This document shows, piece by piece, positions 54,001-64,000 of a stretch of 64,000 nt of DNA. Source of the stretch: Perna viridis (lineage: Eukaryota); assembly GCA_037379345.1 (NCBI GenBank), contig CM074520.1:20439488-20503487 (forward strand). The letters are read 5' to 3'. A model generated the notes under the pieces. That model was not told the DNA's origin, made no database searches, and saw only the letters and a list, made by a program, of their open reading frames with translations. Every line of letters begins with the position of its first letter. Positions within the stretch are counted from its first letter, which is position 1. A program made the translations under genes and the position numbers.

Positions 54001-57000
54001 CGGCTCAGTAAGCATTCATGTTTGAAACTTTAAATTTCAAATTATGGGGATACACCCTCTGGATGTTTTTGTTCAAGCAAAGCCTTAATAATTCAAATTT
54101 AAAGCAAATTATAAAAGTTTATATGACGTAGTTGGGACTTTTTCGTGCACAAGATCATAATTAGCTGTATGTAACTGCAGGTGCTGACTAATTGTTGAGA
54201 CTGTCTCCTTTTGTTTAGGAAGGGTACCAATCAAGAAAATATACACAAACATCTAACATCTAGTAGCAGCTCGATTTGAACTGGGGTATACTTGACTGTT
54301 TACATATAGATAGTGAATGAGAGAATTTTTTCTAGAATTATTTTGTAATATTTTTTGTGTTTCATATGTATTGTGCAATTACTAGTATTTGAAAATCTGA
54401 TTTCACGGTGTCTTGGGCGTAAAATACTTTTTGATGGATAGGTTTACTTTAAATTTGAACCTATATCACTTCTGACCCGACCTTCAGTCTTGTTCACGGA
54501 GTCGCGGTGATGAGAGTGTTTAAATTACTTACAATTACTGCTCAGAATTCAAGCATCGTTGTGAGAATACGAGAAGAAACAAACGGTATTAACATGTGAA
54601 TTTCCAACTCCACCCAAGATGTAAGACTATCTTTTGTAATTTATTTCTAAATAATGCATTTGTTTTTATTTAAATTGTCGTCGTGTTTGCACTGTCAAAA
54701 CACTCGAATAAGACTTCGGGATTGTTGTCTGGGTTGCAGCTGCACTTGTTGTCTACCAAAAGCACTTTTATTATCAAAGATGATAATCAGAAAATACAAT
54801 GGTTTATCATGATACAACTAGGCTCAACAAATGCGTCAGAGTTTTGTATAAATTTTCAGTGCTTATTTTGTATAATTTTTTTCGGAAGATTCTTTTTTTT
54901 TGAACTAAGGTCCGATTGCTGGCTTTGTAGCTAGACCGGTTCTGTCCTCTAAACACGGAGTAGTTAATTCTTCATTCTTCCATTTTGCATTCCTTTTGCG
55001 TTGTTTTTGCAATAAAATGAGACTATTTTCAGAATTTTAGTTTCGCTATTAGCTATATTTCCTCTACTCACAGTTTTATCTACAACCAATGTTCTTCAAT
55101 CTTCACTCGTGTGAAAAAAAGATTAAAAAGTCCAAAGTATTAAAGACAAAGGCTGAAATAAAGAAAATAACCAAATAAAACTCTGCTAATTAAACAGTTT
55201 CTATTTAAAGCTTGGCATGACTCTTGATAAGAAAGGCTTCGCACATATATTTCTATTTTAAACATTATTACAATCACGTGGAACCATATTATTTGAAAAG
55301 GTTGTGACAAATAAAACCAAATACAACACATTGTTAGTAAAATGTTATGAAAGTAAAAACCACATAATTTAGAAGAGTTTAATTTTTGTAAAGGTACAAG
55401 ACTAAAACGGAAAGTTCGTATCGACGTGTGCAAGTTTCCAAAATTGAGAAGGCTATTTGAGTTAAAAGTTGAGACAATTTCCCACACATCTCAAAGACAT
55501 CTAAATATTTTCAATGAAGGCCATAGCTGGTATAACAACAGAGAACCACCTATGAAACCTCTTTAAAAGAGTCGGTCCCTTGTACGTCCCTTCTGAGATT
55601 TTTGTCATTTTCTTTCCAAAATGTGGGTACAGTAAAGCCGAAACAAATTGATATTTGGGATGGATAATTTCATTCGCAATGTGTAGGTGCCAGCTTTGAG
55701 TCTTATATTGAATATAGACGATTGCTCGGTATACCTGGTGGTTTGCATTGACATCTGCCATAATAATGTATATACTAAAACAATTGTTGATTTTTTAAAT
55801 TTTTATTAATTATGCCTAGTATTCTACACAGGTTTACATTGTGCATATTACAAACCACGTTACATGGGGATAAAATTTGCATTATTTTGTTGGCAGAAAA
55901 TGAAATTCGACGAAATTAAATTGAAACCACCATAATGATGATAAATTACTCGTGAAATTGCATTCTTCCCACAATTTGTATAAGTAAAGAAATGAATGTT
56001 TTGAATAACAAGTAGCCTTCTATTTCAATTTTTAAACGAAGCAATTTCATCTGCTGATAAAACCGATACCATAAGTATAACAGTGGATTGATTGATGCTT
56101 TCTGTGAACGTGGTCGTGCCTCTCTCCACCGTACATTTGACTTTGACTGTACCAAGTACATGTCCCATTATAATAGGTGTATGTGTTCATAAAACTTGAT
56201 TTACAGCATCAGTAATCAAACGTTTTCTAATGACACCAGAACTGAATATCAATTTTGGGATTAACAGTTAAGAATGCGTTGCATTTACGGATGTTACATA
56301 ATTGAAGGAAGGTACACGGCGACACATGCGTTGCCCTTCTACGACAGTTTCACTTAAGAAACCAATTATAAATTTCAAACTTACTTTTCCCTAATATTTC
56401 AACATTATGATTCCTATAGACATACGCACAGTAAATAAGCTCAAATAATTCTGCTGATAAATGGTATGTTCCTGAATGAACAGGTAGCAAGAAAATCTAA
56501 GTAAATATATCATGTTGATTATTCTGAATTACCGACGATCAACTTCCAAAAATAAAATTAATGTGTCTATCTGTGGCCTATTAATTAAGGGTAACATGAT
56601 TGATACAAGAGAATTTCATGTTTCTCGTTTTTCTGCTCGTCTAAGCAATAAACCTTTCACTTTTGATAATCCAAAACATCAGTGTCCTAATCAATACAAC
56701 AAACATTTGGTTCCTCAACAATGTGATGTGATAAAATTACAATACGACAGCATTAATCGTGGACTTTCGTAATTCTCGCAAATTATTCTTATATCACGCG
56801 CGATAAGAATAAAATTGCTTTGCCTTGTTCTCCGCTGTAAATGGTGGGTTAAGAAAGTGTTTCTTAATTGAAGTCTAATTTTAGTCGCAGTGAAACTATA
56901 AATTCTTGTCAGATATTGGTTAACTCTATCGAATGCATAGCTCACTGGGAGTTCACACGCCGTGGTTGATTCTGACACAATATCTTGATGAATGTATGCA

Positions 57001-58450
57001 TGTTCGTACCTTATTGTGGTAAAGACGCATGTACAATAGTCGTTTATATTTCAGTCCTGAAAGAAAATTAACAGTAGGTCGCAGAAGGTTGACTTAAACT
57101 TATGTTTTACAACTTTTGAATGTTAAAAATGTCCTTGTCAAAATTTGAAGTATGCAAATCAACCGAGTAGTTGCGTACTAAAGGAAATTTATATCTTAAC
57201 GTATTTAGCTGCACGTTTGTTAATATGCTTCAAATAAGAAACTAAAGAATATTTATAGATATGAAAACATTAAAATAGTGGCATCCGCGATTTTTTTTGT
57301 ATGTGAGTTTGTAGTTTTCTGTTTGGTTTTGTTAGTTTGTCTTCAATTTTTGTCATACAAGAAGTCAGTCAATGTACTAATGAGCTTTATGCTTCATCCT
57401 TCTCTTTTTTACCGTTTTCCATTTCTTAAGAATGGGGATAGTTTTGGGATGTTAACTTCTTCACTGAACAAGTCCATGCTGATTCATATACAATACCATG
57501 ATAAAGTACTTTAATTTCTGCCAAAAAAGAAAGTACACAAAACTCTTAGATTCCCAAATTGATATTAACGGTAATTGATTATAGAATTAAATTTGTGGTG
57601 GTGAAAGGGCTTTGAAAAATATAACCGGAATAATTTGATTTTTGTGATGTCTGTAGTCAACATTTTTTGGCAAAGAAGTCTTGCGTGATGGCGACAATAG
57701 AGAATTACACGTATAATTAGTAAATCGCGGGATATCATATATTTCTACCATGATTACAACGCCAATCAACTGGTATATCAACAATATATTAATTTTCATA
57801 AAAGAATAAACAATTCGGTATTGTTCCAACAGGGTGCTCGAGTTGCACCCCATCCATTCAGAAATCTGACTCATGCTTTTGCACTATGGGCGAATAGGGA
57901 TGCAGTCATAACATAACTATATATTAGAAAGCTTGTTAACAATAGACCACATTATCTTGTGTTTACTTATACATATATATAAATCGAACTGGGTTGTAAT
58001 ATGTTAAATTCCAATTAACTTATTCACATTGAGTTTCTCAGTACGAATGACATTGCTACCACAGTGACAGAAACAAACCAGTACTTTCTGAGTAGAAATC
58101 CGTCAAAAGTCAGTAAGTGTAAACAATAATGTCAATCCATCAATTAACTGCTTTGTACTGGTTCTTGTTAAAATTTTAAAATGACTATAAGGGAACCAGC
58201 GAAAACACACCCCTTCAGTTGCTTAGTCATTATAATACATATTTTTGCAAATGTTATGCAACTCGGTACTGCAGCAAACTAAGCAATGCTATTCCTTCCT
58301 GTGTGTTTCCCTTTTTATATCGGTCTATGTGGTTTAGTTAATAGCCTCATTGGTATTTTGAAGACCTTGACAAATCCTCTCTCCAACTATTTACATGGTA
58401 TGAAATGAGATACTGAAGGCAGAAATGTAAAAAGTTCTGTATTTTTGTAG

Positions 58451-58610
58451 AAACAGAGAAAAGAAACCTACAGATTTTCTGTTCTTATCGAAGAATTACG
58501 AAACACAGACAATACAGACTATAAAACAGTACTGTTACAACTTATCAATTGCATCATCATTTACACAGAAAAGGGGGAGGACAGGATCCGAACTCGGAAC
58601 GAATTTTTCG
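58451..58610 (+). CDS. INF2: INF2-like formin, third coding exon (160 nt; absent from ORF track)
   Basis: tttttgtag|AAACAG...TTCG|gtaaga, phase 0 in and phase 1 out. Encodes KQRKETYRFSVLIEELRNTDNTDYKTVLLQLINCIIIYTEKGEDRIRTRNEFF, carrying the FH3 YRF..EL...IN....R...RNEF motifs. Confidence 0.93.
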
Positions 58611-59473
58611 GTAAGACTCGAGTTGTTCTGTAATGATTTGTATAGCATCAATAGGTCGTTCTGATATTTTTTTCTTAAAATGTACAGAAAGGATGTTTTA
58701 TTCCTGGTATTTTATTCCTTAACTTCTTTTATTTCTTTTTTTTTGTTTTTTGTTTTTTTTTGTATCATTTGTTCGATTCTGAACAGGTGCATTCAAAATT
58801 GACCAGCTGTTTAAACTAAATTTTATCTTGTTCAGATGCCAACTTCTTTGATTTGCCCCATGTAAGGAAAAAAAGGAAAACTATGGTTAGCAGATAATAC
58901 AATGTATATATACAAGTCCATCAGACGACTAGACAGAGAAATGTACACGTTTATTTAACAAGAATATCATGTTTAAATATTTTAAAAACAACTTAAAACA
59001 TGTACATTGAAACTGATGAATGAAATAAATCTTGGAGCTAGATTGAATAAAACCTCTTTGTCGATCTAACCCCGAATTACACAGCACTTTTCTTTTGAAA
59101 ATTGGGGTCAGATTTGGGTAAAAAATTATCTTTTTTGGTGAGTTATTATCTCTAATAGAATATTTAAACACTCAAACTTTTGTACATTGACCACATTCTG
59201 CCTCTGGACTGGTATTAGACCTACATTTTAGAAATAAAAACTTGTTGGTGTTTTTTCTCAAAACCCTGCTACATGTTTTGTCCCTATATCACAGTCTTTA
59301 AAGGTCAGTTAGGTGAGTAAATAGATATATGACCTTATTATGTTTCACTGGAATGTTGGAAAGAGAATGAATGTTACATTGTACTTTCTTCAGAATGTTA
59401 CCCATTAGTATGGTTCATATTTTGAAAGTTTTATTAGGAGAAAGAACTTTATCTGCGTTTTTTTTGTTAAATA

Positions 59474-59891
59474 CAGATGAGATCAGGTCTATCCTCTTAC
59501 AAAACCGTTCTAGAAATGTCAGATGAACAATTCTATGAACGATATAGAACAATTCTCGGACAGTTCTGGGGTCAGCTCTTCTGGTAGATCTAGCACAGCC
59601 GACTCTTCTAGTAGAACGTTTCTCATAGAGCCGGTCCTGCTAGTAGAACTGTCAGAAGAGCTGGCTCTAGAACTGTTCTATGACACTGTTAGAATTGTCC
59701 TAAAGCTGTCTCCCGTGACGGTTCTCCTGAGAGGTTAGAACTGTCCTAGATCCGTCTCCCATGACGGTTCTCCTGAGAGGTTAGAACTGTCCTAGAGCCG
59801 TCTCCCATGACGGTTCTCCTGAGAGGTTAGAACTGTCCTAAAGCCGTCTCCCATGACGGTTCTCCTGAGAGGTTAGAACTGATCTCATTTG
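59474..59891. mobile_element. TA-flanked MITE with ~24-bp TIR and internal 46-bp tandem array
   Basis: ta|CAGATGAGATCAGGTCTATCCTCT ... AGAGGTTAGAACTGATCTCATTTG|ta. Confidence 0.8.
59689..59881. repeat. 46-bp tandem repeat, about 4.2 units
   Basis: Unit TTAGAACTGTCCTAGAGCCGTCTCCCATGACGGTTCTCCTGAGAGG starts at 59689, 59735, 59781, 59827 and 59873 (partial). Confidence 0.95.
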
Positions 59892-60937
59892 TAGTTTACT
59901 TAGATATTAACTACGAATTGAAGCTCATTCTTTATTAAAGAAGACTGCACAATTTTCGCCGGCTATATTAAATTACTATGCTTAAACACATGCATTAACA
60001 GTATGTTAAAGACCAATATTTATAAAAACGTACATGTAATTGTCTATTAAGTATTTAATCTTAACCGTACAACTATTTAATAACAGCTGTTTATATGTTT
60101 TTGTCTCTTACGATTTGAGGTTAAGCATGTTATTAGAAATAACACATTGTATAGACAATGTAATTGGTCTTTTGCGATATATTTACAGCAGAATTACTTG
60201 TATTCTCCTGAAAGGTGATTGAATACCTACAAATACGTACTGGACTCGCAAATCTTTTGATCTAAGTTGGCAGACTTTCATTTAGACTTCACACATTTCT
60301 TACATTTATTACAATGGCAGAATAATTCACAACTTGATGAAAGCCAACACTAACTTTGACAGGATTGATAATACATGCTCTTATAATTATAAGTCAATTC
60401 AACGAGTGAGTGTTAAAACTTTTAATTTTATCTCAAAGAAGGTGTTTTGTATGTAAAATGCATTAGTTTCCAAATTAATTGTATATTCTCAAGATAAAGT
60501 TCTTCAAAAGAATGATTTGATGTTTACGTAGTTTGAATTGGATAACTTTATTTTGTCATTAATATGTAATAGGTTGTCAGGTACATAAAAGGAGGACATA
60601 TATTTGGCTGTATTTTAAGTAATACCAAGTTCTGGCCATTCGTAAGCATTGATAAACATTTCAAGGTCCAGAAAAGACTTATTGGTTGCGATTTTTAAAG
60701 AGGTTTGAACATCTGCTACAAAAAGTACCTTTAAAAATAAAATACCCTTTTTTTTTTGCTTTATAATTAAAAAAAAACAATACGTTTTTTTTTTTTTGCA
60801 TTTATTTGGTTTTTCAGACGCGTGCGTTTATTTTCAAAGACTTTTTCGAACCAAGAAACATATGCTTTCCTGTGCACAAATTTGTACAAACACCGACAAA
60901 ACAAATTCAATTGTCTTTCACTCATTTCACTGCTCAT

Positions 60938-61060
60938 CAGTGCTTCCAGTTTTTAGTGGACTCCGAGTTGCTCATTTGCTTTTGTTTTCCATGTCTGGTC
61001 ATAGTCCCTGGATTACATTCTTTTGATTTCCGCAAGAATCTTGGTTCCTTTGAATACTCT
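60938..61060 (+). mobile_element. Internally deleted copy of the Penelope-like 3' repeat
   Basis: CCAGTTTTTAGTGGACTCCGAGTTGCTCATTTGC...CCCTGGATTACATTC...CTTGGTTCCTTTGAATACTCT. Confidence 0.8.
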
Positions 61061-61278
61061 TACTTTTATTATACCTAAAGAATGGAGCCAGGACTGGTCC
61101 TGAATGATTCGAAAACAATACCGATACGTTTATTCTTCTCACTTTATTTTGTTTTTATACACATACAGTAAAGGACAGGTCTTGAAGCGTTAAAAACCAT
61201 TAAAATATTACGTCATAATTAAAAACAAAACAAAATAACAAATAATAATTACAACACCAGCTTCCTCCTTTTTTTCAG

Positions 61279-61312
61279 GTCTTAGGTTACAAGAAATAAT
61301 TAATAAATTGAG
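61279..61312 (+). CDS. INF2: INF2-like formin, fourth coding exon (34 nt); gene continues past the window
   Basis: cctcctttttttcag|GTCTTAGG...TTGAG|gtaagt continues the frame as GLRLQEIINKLR (INF2: GLQLLDVLARLR). Confidence 0.88.
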
Positions 61313-63738
61313 GTAAGTGATTTTATTTGTAATTAATTGTTTAACTGACATTAATTATACTAACTAGCTGTATAATTGTCGTTAAAATTAACAGTTAGTA
61401 CTAGAAAAAAACATATCATTATCGAAGTAATTGACATGTTTGTTTTCATAAAAATTGTCTTACTAAAACCACGAGTGAATCATAAGAAGGTCTTGATACG
61501 AACTTTATTGCTGAAGTAAATGATTCTTTCGATTATTTCCTGATTTCAAGAACTCATTTGTGGTTTCTAAAATCATCAGGAAATATCAGACTTAGTGATA
61601 TGAATAACCGAGACACTAAAGGAACTATAACTACCGGTTTTGATACTACTTACCAAAATGAATATATATGCATCATTTGTAAATTCAATTGCTGATTCAA
61701 TCAAGAAAACTGTTCAAGTTTGTAAAAAATATAATTAACGAATTATATAACGGGCTCGCAGAACACTGTATGTATACTTAATTTTCTCTCAAATGACAAA
61801 GTGTGGTTTTTAAAGTACGCGTGCGAGCACCGTAAAGATAGTTTATTGCCGTTACTCATCGAATTAATAAATTAAAAGTATGATCTATGGTGTGTAATTT
61901 GTCTCTTGTGTGTTTCGACATCATCAAAAATATAAATTTTATATACATTTATTGTAAAGAGGACAATGGGATCTCCTTCAACACATACATTACCATTAGA
62001 ATGATTCATCTTTGGTTATGATAAGGTTTTTTCTAAATGATTCACAGAAATGATTTGGATGGGGTGGTGGTTGGAGACCTACGTTATGAAAAGTATGGAA
62101 GGGCGTCTTTTTGAAAACAATTCTTTAATTTCAATCTCTGTTGTTTTCTAAGAGTCGTTTTCGTTATCAAGTTAACGTCAGGTACGCATGTGTCAGTCAT
62201 ATGATCACACTTTCCCCTTGACGCGACTTCAGTCGTCCTCAAAATTATTTCCTGGTCATAGTATTGGCTTTTCAGATTGTTTCCTGATAGTCTGGTCATA
62301 TTATGCAAGCTTGCAGTTTCTCCCTAATTACCAAATCATTTTCGAATAATAGCACATGATCAAGGTGTATTGGGATAATTTATATCTAATTAATAAGCAC
62401 CTGATTATAATTAGAAACAAATGCATTAGACAACATCCTACAAAATGTTCTTTACACAATATGGAAGTAAGAAGTAACTATATTTACGTTGAAACATATG
62501 TTAATTGGCTAAGCTATAGAATCACTGACAAAAGTTATCATCTGTTACTTACTACAGTAGCATTCAGCGTATTCAGATCGGAGAGTTTGCACGACCAAGG
62601 CTCACTGGGGTTTTAGCGCTACTGATATTCGTCTTTTTTTTACTTCTGATTACATATAAGACTGCAGTGATGTAAATCATCCTTACATTTCATGCACATT
62701 TATTATAGTGATTTTTTTCTTTAGACGCCATAAATTTTCAGTTTATGACAGGAATATATCTGCAACCGATTTCGGTCTTTCTGCAAGAATAAATATTTCG
62801 CGATTCTTATCTAATAAATTTGTATGGTGATTGCAATGAATAGCCAAACACTGTACAGGAGTTTTAAATTTATTTTCGTTTCCCCAAAAACTGGAAAGGA
62901 AATTTCTTGGCAACAGCAAATGTAAGTTACTTAGTTTTTGTTCTTTTCCTTTAAATTTAATTGTTCGTTATCTGTTTTTTATTGGTGTGAAGAAGATAAA
63001 GGTATTTGCCATAAAATCCTACAATATTCGAAAATTGGAGATAAAGCGGGTATTTACTATGAAATAATGGATAGTTTTATCTATTTAGGTTAAGCGAGAA
63101 AATCTTTACAATTCTTTGGCTTGATTTAGAAATTGTTTTTCCAAACAAATCTGTGTATAGCTTTATGTGGTCAGTTCTGGCGCCAATTGTAATTGAATTA
63201 AATCTTTTCTGAAAGGTGATCAGAAAACGAAACAATGCCGAACTTTACTAATGCATTGTTTTTCGATATTTGTTTTCAATGTCAAATTTGTATATGTTCT
63301 GTGTATAATATACCTATAATTTGCATAAAGTATATTTGGTTGTGTAGCGAATTGGTAACGTAGCTTGGCTGTATAAGAGCTATTTTCAATGGAAAGCAGG
63401 TCGTGTTTTCTGTTAGATAATAAAAGGTTTTGTAATGTTAAAACGAAGATATAACGCTCTTCCGCATTTTTCATTTCTTTTTTTTGTGTGTGTATTAATG
63501 ATGAATTTAGATAGATGACTTTTTTGCGGAATTTGCCTATAAAATTGGCTACCAGACAACTAATCGAAGATGCTTTATAGCATACGAAATAAAGTGTAAG
63601 AAATAATTAATCATGGTTAATTGTTTGACATGATTTTTATACTTTTATTTCCTTTGTTATTTGGAGGCAGCCAAAATAATTTTGAAAATCCTCACCTGGC
63701 ACCACCATGAGGAATATGCACCTAATTCTGGAACCAAT

Positions 63739-64000
63739 GTTATGGGCAACTAAAATCAAGGAGTAGATCGTATTTTGGAACCACCTTGTTAGTTTGTCCG
63801 TCCGAATTTTTCGTTGCAATTATCTCCACTCTCAGTGGATGGATTGATTTCAAATTTGGTGTGTGGCTTTATGTAGATTGGGCATACGTTGTAAGCCATT
63901 TTTTTAATGCTGCATGGTATCAAATTCCTCTTTCGTGTGACTTTTTTCAATGTATGGAATAAAGTCGAAAATTTCGTCATAAGAATCTCGGCCCCCACTG
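63739..64000 (+). mobile_element. Helentron/HINE-type non-autonomous element (5' part, runs off window)
   Basis: GTCC microsatellite (TTTGTCCGTCCG) followed by GGATTGATTTCAAATTTGGTGTGTGG core-repeat-like sequence typical of bivalve HINEs. Confidence 0.6.

Noticed and set aside
59689-59881. CRISPR-like appearance of the 46-bp array (also the 52-bp and 22-bp arrays)
   Set aside because: Units abut with no unique spacers, there are no cas genes, and the context is eukaryotic.
61531-61588. ATTTCCTGAT...ATCAGGAAAT hairpin as a pre-miRNA
   Set aside because: Only about 10 bp of contiguous pairing, too weak for a miRNA precursor call.
61950-62010. Possible next INF2 exon
   Set aside because: In-frame stop and no match to the expected L..QL..F.E....D motif; the next exon probably lies beyond the window.

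Overview
AT-rich eukaryotic genomic DNA; the repeat content looks like that of a bivalve mollusc (inference). There is no prokaryotic-style system, and nearly all ORFs in the supplied track are spurious. The one well-supported gene is the 5' part of a + strand inverted-formin-2 (INF2)-like formin. Four coding exons (36810-37263, 47974-48089, 58451-58610, 61279-61312) splice in frame into the N-terminal DID/FH3 region, and the gene continues beyond the window. The rest is a dense mix of non-autonomous transposons: TTAA-flanked Kolobok-like MITEs (one nested in a Tc1/mariner-type MITE), a CAG..CTG MITE family with 5-bp target duplications, palindromic Crypton-like elements, Penelope-like retroelement remnants (two with decayed hammerhead-ribozyme cores), a decayed pogo-type transposase and a Helentron-type element. 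The most interesting unproven observation is a candidate frame-preserving 9/18-nt microexon at 59295-59312 inside the INF2 DID.
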